NCBI GenBank assembly: GCA_030704615.1
Contig: CM060732.1
Location: 39,432,001-39,496,000 of the forward strand
DNA: 64,000 nt
Source of the DNA: Takakia lepidozioides
Lineage: Eukaryota > Plantae > Bryophyta
Direction: 5' to 3'
Shown: positions 52,145-64,000 of the stretch, piece after piece
Layout of the letters: the number at the start of each line of letters is the position of its first letter
How positions within the stretch are numbered: the first letter of the stretch is position 1
Notes under the pieces: model-generated
Databases searched by the model: none
Seen by the model: the letters and a program-made list of their open reading frames with translations, nothing else
Told to the model about the DNA's origin: nothing
Program-made: the position numbers and the translations under genes

Positions 52145-53311
52145 TTAAAAGTCTGATGTATTAAGAATACTAATGAAAAAACAATTACAATTATTAGGGT
52201 AGAACATAGAAGATCCACAATCTCTGTCTTCTCATAAACCCAACGCTGCACTTCAGAATGTGATGAGTAGAACTGAAAGAAGACAGGGCCAGCTCATGAC
52301 TATGACCCTAAGTGTTTATGTCGAGTGAACGCAATAACAGGCTATTATCCAGATTATAATCTCCGGTTTTAAATGCAGGATATATGGGTTCATAACCTTC
52401 CTTTGGACCACTAACTCTGGTTCAAATCAAATAAAAAAAAATCTAAGTTCTCAATCGGATCCGGTTATCCCATCTCTTCATATCCTGCCTCTTCATATCC
52501 TGCGGTTCTTAACGGAAGCGGATATTTGATTTTTTGACCTCCACCAGATCTACATGTATACATCCGGGTTGGGATCCGCTGGGTTATCAAATATGGGTCC
52601 AGTCCAACTGGTTCAATCCATCCATTAGTGTCACAAAGGTGTCCACTTTCCTACCTGGGTCAAGAGACACCATAATTTACCCGAGCTCTCACATTTTCTT
52701 TTTAGCTTTTGCTTTGACTCTTGCAAGAGTCATCTGTGAGAAGGGGTGGCGAGGATTCGACTGAGGCATGCCAAAGGGAAGTACTGTCCGATCCAACACA
52801 TACATTAAGTTTTGAGATTATTCTTAAATTGTTCTCCTAGATATACATATGATAGGACTCATCAGATCCGACATTGAGAGGAGCCAAGAAACAATCGAAG
52901 TAAACATGAAGTGACAGTGTGAGTTGCGCTCAGTGCCCACGAAGAGCAGAAGCGCAGGCCAGGTTTTGGGTAGTTCTGACAGCAGGAGATTATACACTTC
53001 ATCTCAGCTGAGACCTTTCCTTCCTTGTTTTTGGAGAGCAAAACCATCCAATTGGTTGGTGAAATGCTTTCTAGACCTTCCCAGCATTAGCATCCCATCG
53101 ATCTCACGGTTGATTAACCTTGGTACAAGTTGTGGACATTGCAGTTGAAGCTTTTGAAGCTCTAGGTGTGGTGGGGAAGATGGCAGCTTGCTCAAACTCA
53201 TGGAGAATGCTAACATGGAATCATGCAGTAACCCAGGCATCCATATGAGTCTCTGTAGCACTTGTGCTGAAGATATTCGCTGTAAGTAGCTCCATGGTTA
53301 AGTTATTACAG

Positions 53312-56143
53312 CTACTGTGGGCTTTCAGAGGACTCTGCCTTCTTCTTTTCAGCTGCATATTCAGTGAGCACAGCAGCAAGCTTTTTCTCACCCTCCAATA
53401 CATCTGCCACGTCGTCAATATGCTTCTTTACCTTTTCAGTGGTGGCCTGGACCTGTAAATCAAAGATTCAGTAACTAGTTTAATCCATAACTAATTTCCA
53501 TTTCCTGCAGAGTAGGAGCTCGAACAGCTAGGTTACAAATGTCATGACATACATGTGCTTGATCTAGAATCTGCTGGACCTAGGAGGAGGTGGTGTGGAG
53601 CTCACAGATGGGTCTCTCCCCCTCATGCGGCCAAGCTTGCAACAGACACGAGGAAGACACCCTGAAACACGCCCTCTGGAGCTCCAGAAAAGCCCAATGT
53701 TCAAGTCCAAACTAATCTCCGGTCATCCCTCACGTCTTTCTTCACTAATTGGGAATTTAATAAATTATCAGAGACGATGCTCCCCATCCTCAAGACACTG
53801 AGGAGGATCTCAAGATGGAGACTTTCTTCACGAAATGCGAGGGCGCAGGAGGGATATCCGTTGCTCCAACATGCTGAGCCACGCTTTGATCGAGCATTTG
53901 GAGTAAATACTATGTAGTTAAATTCGAATGTACGTATCCAATCCCACAACTCTTGCTTGTCCAGACTTCAGTTACTCTCACGTCCAGTAGTGTTCACTGG
54001 TCCCAAACTAAACGGATGTCACTGTCTTGGTGTATGACTTCCAGATTCTAGTACTTAGCTTCACTTGAGCACAAGCTTTTTTTGCTTACAGGGTGGAGCA
54101 GGCCAGCATCTTTGGCAGCTGACTTCACTGTGCATTTTGGCACTGAATTCTACATGTACATACGTTTATGTACATGTTCTCCACTCTTTCATGTCGAGGT
54201 ACAAATTCTATTGCACCTAGGAATGACCTTTCCAAGGCATCTTCGTGTCGTTTTTGGGGCCATCCCCACTCCCCCTTTAATCTCTGGTTGCCTCTGACTT
54301 CTCTTTTGACAATTTAAAAAAAGATGAAATCTCGAGTCTCTTTTAGAGACCTCCAATCTCCTCTACGTGGGTTTTCATGAAGGCTTACAGGTGCGCTGAA
54401 CACAAACCTAACTTCACTCAGCCACAGATCCGGAATAACCAAGAAAATGGAGTGTTGATATTGAACCAACCTTAATGGCGAGTTCTTCCGCCTCTTTGGC
54501 GCTGACCTCTGCAGCCTCCGCAATCTGTTCAACCTCTTTAGCAGCCATAACCACCATTTTGGCGCCCTGTTCCACAACTACCGCCGCGACGTCAAAGTCG
54601 CCTGTTCAAGCACCAATTTCAGATTGTATCAGGCTTTCACCTGGAGTTGAATCTTGACTAGACAGAACAGGAAAAGGAGGATCCCAAATGTTTCTTACTT
54701 CTATCCCGCGGGATGGTCTGTCCACGCCATTAAACGGGGATTCCAGCAACACCATCACGGGGACACACAGCACTGCGCGTTAAAACCTATGTTCTACGTC
54801 CGAAGGCCAATTGATGACAACGGAAAGCTGCGAAGTACATCTAGGTGTGCATGAATTCAAGCATCAAGCAGACTGTATGTACGACTCCTCAATTGAAGTA
54901 TCCTAATAGGCAAGAAATTGTGGAGACAAACAGGTTTCTGCATGGTTTCTGTATGGTCTGAAAACTATCTAGCCTGTTAAGTACTTAGCACATCCCCATC
55001 ACCTTACCTTCTGCCTTCTCCACAAAGCTGCGAGTCGACGTCGCTCCACTAACTATGAATTTAATGAACGCCTGAAACCTGTGTCTCTTCCCCCCCCTTG
55101 CACATGTTTATGTTTCGTAGAAAGGAGAATCTAACTTTCAAGACCCACAAGACCGCTACAAGAAATAACAAGCCAGGCTACAAAAGCCTGCTGATTTCAA
55201 GATCTCAACGTACTGAAAGCTGCCAACAAGCAAGATATGCAACTTTCCACTATCGCGCTCCGAACCCTCTGCTACGCATTGATCTACCAGCTTTCCACAT
55301 ACATTTAAGCTTCCGAAAAGACAGGAAAGGGGCACTTACGCGTCTACCAAAAAGGCAGCTCTAACACCAAGAACTCCACCATTGTTATTCTGGCTGGGTG
55401 GCCTGCAGCGCTCATTGCATAATTTTGGTCAGCAACTAGATCGTGCACACAAACAAATTGTCTCAAGAGTACTCGTTGACATCGAGCGGTTTGAGCGAAG
55501 TGCACATCATTTCTGACTAAAACACATGTGACCTACTTCTGGAAACAGGAGTCGGTCACTGACAAAAGGATCCAAAGTCTTAGTTTAACAGGGCAGGGCG
55601 AAAGCGCGCACGAAAGCATCGTTGCCAGTCACAAGAAGTTCTGACTAATGTTCAAGAAATTATGTAGACCTTCGTTGGTCTAATCTAACAACCCCATCAG
55701 TTGTGCCACTTTCCCCACAGAAAGACAGTCCCAGGATCCATCTAGAACCAGATCACTGGCTGCTGAAGACACAAGGAACGATACGACCATTGAATTGTGT
55801 CTATAAATTGGACCTTGCCACATACCAGAGGTGGGAGATTATACAAATGGGGTTTAGGAGGGCGCGCACCTGTAGGCGAGGTAAAGAAGCACTTGCCCGG
55901 CGATGATGTGAAGCTACCGGAGATGGAAATCGACCGAAGTCCATGACTGCCCGGTCGAAATGGTGAACGCGCTGGGTGGGTAGAAGCTTTGAGCAGGACC
56001 TGAAACTGCCTCACAGTAATGTCATAGCGAGGGAGGGAGAGAGTGACCTGGGAGCCCAATCGACTACGATTGTGTCGAAGTAAGATGTTCCTGCTGGGCA
56101 AGCAGGTCAGACGTCGTGCCTGCGCTGTCATGGAGGTTTCCAT
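53312..56143 (-). CDS. Uncharacterised multi-exon gene, helical A/E/V/K-rich protein with a transit-peptide-like N-terminus
   Basis: ATG at 56143 (METSMTAQARRLTCLPSR..., S/R-rich). In-phase exons ~55071-55008 (AFIKFIVSG..KAE), ~54601-54471 (GDFDVAAVVVEQGAKMVV..ELAIK), ~53580-53554 (VQQILDQAH) and ~53452-53312 (VQATTEKVKKHIDD..ESPQ*). The 5' exon joins are uncertain. Confidence 0.7.
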
Positions 56144-59100
56144 TTTCACAGCAACTAAACTTTGAAATTTTATGTACAGTGGGCTCGAATTATATCTAGA
56201 CTTGCTCGAGAAAAGGATCCAGACGGGTGTGAGGGACACAAGTTGAACGTTCTCGAGAGGAGAGCCTTCGGAGGGCGCCTGCGTCGCAGATCTCTGGAAG
56301 CTTGCCACAGATCTGACGAGAGAGACGGCAAGTATAGGTAGTCAAACCTCAGTAAATAGATACTCTGTATAACCGTACTTTATTCATCCACCGCACTGGC
56401 AACAGGCTCTTCAATATGTTCTTCCTTAAGACATGGAAAAAAAAGGTTCTGGTCAACGTTTTGACTGTGTGCCTTCAAGTTAATTACAGTAGGGGCCTTC
56501 ATCACGATGAGGGATTTACTTCTCTTCCCTCAAATAATTCCACTTGGGTCACTTGTAAGTTGTCGCCCCCCCCAAAAAAGTCTACAAAAGTTGAAGTTCT
56601 GTACTATGAAAGTTCCTGTCTGTGCTTGAACACTGCCTTCTTCTCCACTATTACATTCCTAGCGTCGTCTGGCATCTTGTTCATTGGTTATAATATGCCC
56701 TGTGGAAGCCGAATTCTTCCGTTCACCCCTCGGTTCTTCTCCTCAAAATTTATAAGGTCAGGGGATAATGTAGTGTCTGTAATTAAATCCCAGCGGGAGT
56801 TTCTACAAGTTTCTTGAGAGTTCTATCCATATGGGAAAAAATTGTTTGCAGCTCGGAAGATTCAGAGCATCTGTCAAAACGTGCTCCTACTGTAGTGCAA
56901 AGAGTTTCCATGTCCAGGCAGAGACGTCGGTATGATTGTCTAGGGTTTTGCGAAGAGTGAGTGATGGCGGGGAGCCTCCGTCCAGTATGGGCTACGCTGC
57001 GTGCTCACACCCTATGGAATATTTGGAAAGCTAGGTGCTCGTTCATGTTTCAAGGTCTCCTCCCTTGCGTAAGAGTCATCCTCTGTAGGGTTCACTTGAG
57101 CACACTTAATGTCTGAAGCAAGGAAGGCCTGGCTCGTTTTGTGTGCAGCTCAACTTCTCTCATTGGCAAAAAGGAAAGCGGTTGTGCAGCAGGACCTCTG
57201 ATTCCTCTGGCATGCTGAAAGCTCCATGAGCGTTTTTCTATGAGGCGGGTATACGGCACGATTCCCATGCAGCCCGGGGTGTTGACTATACTGACTCATA
57301 AAGACCCGGGCCCGGCAAGGATTTATTAGTTAGAGAGGATGGTTCCTGCTCTTGTGAGCTGCCCGATCAAGGAGATCTCAGCCATCAAATCCTTGCTGTT
57401 TCGATAGGCAGGGTGAGGCCCTCGGAGGCTAGGCACCTACCTTATTACTTCTTACTAGAGACCTAAGTGAGATGGATCGTGATAACTGACTTGTTTACAC
57501 GCGCGGTTTGATCTGTCCCGCTAGCTTGTACTGTTGGCCAGTAATTTCTCTTCCTTGAGCATGCTTTCCTTTCCTTGTGCACAATGATTTTGTCGGGGTG
57601 CTCTACGAGCGAACTACTGCATTGCAATGTCACAGGCATTGGCAATGAGGGAATATAAGGAGTTATTTTGTGTACAAGCGGTGTGTCCTTGGAGGACGGA
57701 TTTGAGGAGCATTATGCACAGCCCATTTCAAAGGCTCGACTTCGGCAACATTGCTGAATTAGTAGAACGGAAGCAAGAGCTTCCAACAGTGCGTGTAAAC
57801 AATATCAAGGTTAGGCCAGCATGCACCCGTTCGGGTAGAATGGCATGTCCAGACCTACTTTGAACAATCGGAATATGGACGCCGGAAAATCATGTGGACT
57901 GTGATATATAAGTCTTGATTTAAGCGAAGATGAAATTTGGAGATCAGATTGATCACATGAGCCGAGCTTGGGGCAGAAGAGTTCTGAAAGAAAGTCCAGG
58001 TGAAGTTTAAGTGATCCAACTGTTGATAAGAGCTGATCAATATATGGACCGGAAAATTCAGATGGAATGCGTTTTGAAATTTGCAGGCTTTGAGGGCGAA
58101 GTTCACTGAAAAATAGAGAGTAGTCACCAGATTTTGGATACTATGTCTTGACAGAAGTTAGACTTAAAGTGGCTTTGAAGAGGATTACAAGTCTCATTGG
58201 ATATTATCTGACTTCTGAGTTAGTATTTTCTACTTAGTGCCATAGTGCTGGTGAGGTGATTCAAATACCCAAGTTGTCTGGTTTGGAACTATCAGTTAAT
58301 TGATGTATCAAAGGCAATCGACAGGCCTTGTCGAACACCGTGTGTATACATGCTTAAGATTACTACAGGTACAGTGTGATTCATTGAGGAAGCATGTCCA
58401 GATTATTCATGCATGGATCCAAGCATCAATATCCAGCTAGCATTTTCTATGAGGTGAAGTTTTCCATTTGTCTAGATCAAAGTCTAAACTTGTGTACATA
58501 ATTCTCTCAAACAGGCTGATAGGTTAGTGTAAGCAATAGTTAGATTTGCTTTCTTGAAAGTAGACCAGGCAAAATCATGAAGATTGAAGGGAAATAGTAC
58601 TGAAGCATCCGTCTTGGTCTCTGGAGAAACCTTTCGAGACAATCCATCTTTTGAGTGAGGTTGACAGCAAATGTTGGTTACACAACTATTTATCAACAAT
58701 GAAAGGATGAGACATCTCTCAGTTGAAACATACAATGCAACAAGCACTCTTTCAATTCTTCGTTGCTTCCACTCATATAAGTGTATTGAACATAATCACA
58801 AGAATCTTTTGGTTAGTCCCCTGCTGAAGAAATACTTCAAATCCCCTATGAAGCCGTAGGGGATTTGAAGTGAAATTCGCTGCGCAGGGGATCTTCGTGT
58901 CTGAGGGGAAAATGGGACCACAGGGAATACCATGTGTATTTAAGTAGGGGAAAATGGGGAAAATGGGACCCTTGGGAAATGGGATCACAGGGGAATAACA
59001 GGGAATATAAATAAAGGAAACCCAAGGGCCAGAGCCCAAATCCAGGCCCTTGAGGAGGGGGAAAAAGCGTCAAGATAAGATGTTTGAATTAATTACTTAT

Positions 59101-59207
59101 ACAGAAACCAATTGTTCACAAAGTGTTTGACTGGAGCCATCACTTCGATTAAGGTCAGTAGACTGCACACTACCAGGAGGGCCATATGGCTCAAAGCAAA
59201 TTCAAAT

Positions 59208-61481
59208 TCACGTAATAATGGGCTCAACAATTAGTCGATCCTCATCGATCAGCTTGGGCTTGTCAGCAGGTAGCTCTGCCTGAATGGCCTGGATAGACAT
59301 GTTAAGCCCCTCTTTCACCTCATCCTCCCCAGCTATGGCTGCCACAGCACCACAGGACCAAATGACACAAATAATTCAGCTTAGCGCGTATATCCCTGCC
59401 AAAGCAAACACCAGCAAACCCTCACACTAATGCCTGACAGATAAATGTATGTGATTCTTCCAGTGACCAGTAAAACTGCCTCCTACAGTTTCAAGTGTCC
59501 TGAACATAGTATAAATATAAAGTGTCACAACCAGTATAAAGTGTGATGTGATTTTTATCATATCACATTCATCCATCATTCATACTAGGCAGCTTATGTA
59601 AACAAAACCATAACAAACAAAGAGAGCACTAGAAAACCAGTCTAAATCCTTGCACAAAGATGAAAGTGCTGACGAAGGCAAGCCGCCTGCATTTCTGGTC
59701 TTCAAAATTTAAATGCCAATGTTGAGCATCCTCTGAAGAGCCTCTCCCTTGATACAACGGCCGGGAGAAGACAAGTAGGAAAGAAATTATAGTGTCTGTG
59801 GGAGGCCTGAAGGATCCAATGTACACAAATACAGAGTGGGAGAGAGAGTGAGAGAGTACCTTTGCCACAAGCGATTAAAGAATTCAACAGAATATATGTT
59901 CTTTCAGCATTCAAGCTGTTCAGGCAAAGAGACCGAACTGCCCTGTAGTTTGATGCTCACAGCCAGAGTGCCCCAGTTCAGTTCAACCACATGCAGTGCA
60001 GACTCACTATGATTGAAACCAATGGACAATGCGCCAAAGGGGCACAAGATATGTGACCTCTTATATTAGCACATTGCAAAATGCTAGAGTACTGACTCTT
60101 TGCCCCTGCTTGTCTGAGCGAAACACCCCCATGGGAGTAGCCAAGACATGCCCGCTAAATCTATGTTGCCTATTCCACACAGCAAATGTCTCATGCAACA
60201 CAGGGTCTGTACACAATGTTGTCAGTCAATTTAGAAGGAAAAAACAAACTACAATCAAAGCCGTACTTGGTTAAGTGTGAAAAGTATGCTCTCCAGCATG
60301 GGCCTGTGAAGTCACACAAAAACCACTGTCATATAGCCACAAACCAACAAGGCACATTCCTGAGATACTATTCCCTTCAGGGAAAAAAAAAGTACAATGG
60401 ATTAGCACCTCCTTCCTTTCCCTATACATGTGTGTGTGTGTGTGTGCTTGAATTGTACACCACAGATTACAACAGAGACAGGGAAACCTGAAATATACTT
60501 CACAGGCTGCAGACTGTAATTTTTCTTCTTTAACATGAACCCCATTTCCATGTGTTTACTATGACCAGGCTGAGGCGGACAGTGCAGCAAAGCAAGAAAT
60601 TCGATATAACAATCACCACAATTGAGATAGCTATGTCGAGAAGTCATAATACAGAAATAAACAGAGAGTCAAAAGTAGAGCAAGCAGACAGAAGAAGCAA
60701 AACTGGCCGGTCAATGGACATAAAAGGCTAAGCTTCACAATAGATAGACCCCTAGCATGCACACTGGATTTCAAGCACCTAGTAATCACATGGAAAGTGG
60801 CACCAACTACAGTAGTTGTTGTTTCACCAACTCCTATGACTCCTAAAAGAGCCTGCACCATATCACTCCAAATCTGTTAACCTCTCTAAACAAGTCCAAG
60901 TGTCTCTGAACTACAGCAAGTTTAATCTGTTTCTTGCTCTTCCTCCTCCTCCTCACAATTGTCCATCAATTTGTCTATATGTCTGTCTCTCTTTTCGAGA
61001 ATGCTGCAATGTGTGCCATAGAACTATGCACTTCCTTGGGAGGTTCCAGATGTTAAGTCTGTATGGATGATATAAAACAAAATTGACCAACTTACCAAGC
61101 TTTTCTGCAAATGTTTGCCAAAGACCAAAACGTTGGCAGCATGCAGACGTTCTCCACATGATGTGAGAAGCAACAAATCTCTTAGTGTTTTCAAACCTCC
61201 CAAAGACAGGCGAATGCGAATCTACAAATCAAGAGTTTGGCGAAACAAAGATCATAAACTGCAGAAATACCGTCACCGGGCAAGGCTGAGACAGAGACAC
61301 AGAATGCACTCCATGAAATAGCCACAGGAGGACCACTAGAGACAGTTACAGTGCAGCAGGGGTCACTCATAAGCAGTCTCTCAGTATTGTAAGCAGCAAG
61401 ATTACCTGCCGAAACTTGTCTCCTAGCTGCCTCAGGAGAAGACACTTGGCATCGTTTCAATTTTACAAAGTTGTGTGCCAT
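59208..61481 (-). CDS. Probable 3' exons of an unidentified multi-exon gene
   Basis: Exons ~59942-59860 and 59338-59208 join in phase (AVRSLCLNSLNAERTYILLNSLIACGK-AIAGEDEVKEGLNMSIQAIQAELPADKPKLIDEDRLIVEPIIT*). Candidate exons with GTAA donors lie at ~61097-61220 and ~61405-61490, phases unresolved. Confidence 0.45.
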
Positions 61482-61599
61482 ACGCAACAGAAAGCATGAC
61501 TATTTCTAATGCCTTGAGAGGGGGGCCAAATGAGGGGAACAAAGGGAGCGGGGGAATGAGACCTTTATTCCAGATGCTGTCAAAAACATCAACACCTTC

Positions 61600-63078
61600 T
61601 TGCACTTTCTTCAAGACTATCAATTTCTCCTAATGAGCTTCCGCCTGGAAGACCTCCTCAGACTGTCAAAATCTCATTCCCACATACTTACGACGCTTCC
61701 ACAGTGCTATCGCACACGATGTGCCTCATTTTTTTACATTCTGCAAGTCCAGCTCCCACATGTCAAGATCTCCAACACTTGTTCACATCCGGGGGAAAGC
61801 TCAATTCATAACCGATCCTCCAAATTGCAGCACTACTTAGTACTCCCTCTAGAAACAATTTCCACCTATCTCCACCCGCCACGAAAACCATCATCACAGA
61901 TTCACCATCCCGATATTACACTTACAAAAGGAACCGTCGATGTTGTATCATCTTTACCGCTGCAAATCCATGTACACAAAGTTTGATCTCCACAGACATA
62001 ATAGGTTATGACATAGCAGACCATCTTGCCCAACTTGGTGCTATTCAGCCAATCATCAACCCCTCGACCAGCCTTATCCACCGATCGCACACATACGCGT
62101 TTTGGCTCATATCAACAAGGCTAGATTCCCGACCATAGCACCTGTACGGATTCTGCACACACACATTCAAGGCGAGACCAAACTACTCTTACAAGAATCC
62201 CACACCTACATAAATTCGTACATATCTAAGTGGGTCTCATCCCCACACCTGCTACATAGTATGTCCAATCATTTTTGGACATCCCCCAGGATTACCGACG
62301 CACAAATCAAACAAACTTTGAAATTTCGGTATGGGCAATCAACGACGGAACTTGTTCTGGCCATTATTATACCCCAATAAACACTGCATGTTATATTCAT
62401 CCCAAAATCCCCAAATAGATACATGGCCACACTTACTTCTCCACTGCAACCACCCCATACTACATGGGTTGCGGGTATCCAGACATAACCAAGGGGTTAG
62501 ACAACTCCACAAAATTCTCACTTCACATCTGAAATCCAGATGGTTTAACCTCATCAATGTAGGCACATTCTAAGGTCGCCCACTGGACCACACCATACCC
62601 CCATGGCTGCTACCGTGTATATGCTCCCAAGGACACCCGTGCCTTTGTCTAGCAAGACTATGCCCATATATTTTGCTAGTCCAAGGACTTCATATACAGG
62701 CATTGCCACCGACAGAACCGCTTCCATCTCTCAATTTTTTTTTTTTGGAATTTGCATTTTGCCATGATCGAAATCCAGATCAATCAATTATGTACAAACA
62801 TGAAAAATATGACCCAATCATACATGCCCTCCGTCACAGAGGCTGGAACGCGGCACCTCTGACTGTCATCACTGCGGGTATCAGGGGCGGTGCTCATACC
62901 CATAATATCCAAAGTTTGAAAGATAATCTTAACCTACCACCCAAATACACTACACCTCTACTACGAGCGTTGTATTTCATGGCTATCTCATCACTCACAT
63001 CCCTAATCCTCAATAAACGTAAGATTGAAAGTGGCCAGCTAGCCACTGTGTGACAGGTTACAATTCGGATAGAGCCCA
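61600..63078 (+). mobile_element. Dualen/RandI-like LINE, C-terminal part (RNase H, CCHC finger, restriction-like endonuclease), decayed
   Basis: RNase H C-terminal motif IHVHKV*S..DIIGYDIADHLA (~61960-62040), LKFRYGQ, C..(C)..DTWPHLLLHC, RHNQGV, degenerate (R)P(D)ILLVQG...FLEFAFCHD..KHEKYDP..GW..VITAGIRG. This domain order matches Dualen/RandI. Confidence 0.75.
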
Positions 63079-63772
63079 ACGCCTTCACAACCGAGGTCCA
63101 AGCCCGGAAACCTTGAACTGGAGTGGGTTCAAGGAATTGATGAAGAGACAGTTTGTGCCCCTCAACGCATCCTGGCTCGCCCGGGACAAGATGAGGAATT
63201 TGAAGCAAACAGATGACATTCGGGGATATGTTCAGGCTTTCAATGTGCTGTTGCTCGAAGTCGCGGACATGGCAGAACCAGAAATGGTCTTCAACTTTGT
63301 GGCGGGGTTGGCCCCATAGGCCAGGCGGAAGTTGGAGGAGAAGCCACGTAAGACTTTGAACGAGGCAATTGAGAGGGCTGAATGTTTCTCGGATGTCCCT
63401 AGGGGTGAAAGACAAGGCCGTACGGAGCTGAACCACAAGAAGACCCGGCGGAAAGGTGACTCCTTCCAACCGGAAAAGAAGTGGGATAGGCCACGCGGCG
63501 ACAATAGCACGTGGAAATCGAAGGGAGGGCCTTCACACGTCAAGGCGGCACCTGGTGCTCCGAAAGGAAAAACAGGTGCAGCGGCTTATGGCGGACAGAA
63601 GGCAACCTTCGATGGAGTGTGTTTCAATTGCGGGGAGCTCGGGCACATGGCCAAGAAGTGCACGAAACCCCGACAATTGAACATGACTCGGGCGACCACA
63701 GAGCTGTCGGAAGATACCATCAGTCGCTTGGTGGAAGCTGTGGTCGCCAGGACTTGCAAGGTAGGCAACTAG
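63079..63772 (+). mobile_element. Ty3/Gypsy gag fragment with zinc knuckle
   Basis: WSGFKELMKRQFVP..ARDKMRNLKQTDDIRGYVQAF..FVAGL, in-frame TAG at 63317-63319, CFNCGELGHMAKKC. Confidence 0.85.
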
Positions 63773-64000
63773 CAGGGAAATCGGCCCTTCCCTTGCAACA
63801 CACCCAGGGGATCCGCCAAAAGTTTCTTGTGAATAAACATAAAAGCTGTCCACGATACCCACTAAGTTATCTGTAGTAACTAGATACAATCTTTTCATCA
63901 TAGGGACGATTGTTTTATTGGGAACTTTGGGAACTATAAGTGAAGTTTGTGGCATTTCAAAACCTGCACTGATCCACACATTCTCCCTTAAATAAAAGTC

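Noticed and set aside
56400-59075. Decayed coding-like sequence and a G-rich LTR-like block (58860-59072)
   Set aside because: No motif, second LTR, PBS or TSD could be identified by eye.

Overview
Eukaryotic nuclear DNA from a land plant, most likely a moss or other bryophyte (moss-type PLS-DYW PPR, WKKYGNK-type WRKY, Dualen/RandI-like LINE). Apparently intact genes: a 15-exon ARIADNE RBR E3 ligase (7418-17134 +, one GC-AG intron), a variant WRKY transcription factor (30086-32918 +) and two unidentified multi-exon genes on the minus strand (53312-56143; 59208-~61480). Pseudogenes: a PPR-DYW RNA-editing factor, an animal-EXT1-like GT47 glycosyltransferase and two tandem NIF/FCP1-like phosphatase ORFs. 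The rest is transposon-rich: L1, RTEX-like and Dualen-like LINEs, Copia, a Ty3 gag fragment, a Tourist MITE, Helitron-like ends and a 26S rDNA fragment. Three signals stand out. (1) A LINE has inserted four times into (TC)n tracts of one ARI intron, with two clear 15-bp TSDs, building a head-to-tail array. (2) A ~110-nt compact structured RNA module with compensatory changes forms the 3' end of the Dualen-like LINE and also occurs as dispersed short copies. (3) Two piggyBac-like TTAA/CCCCTAA non-autonomous elements occur in a plant genome. All alignments, folds and splice models were done by eye.
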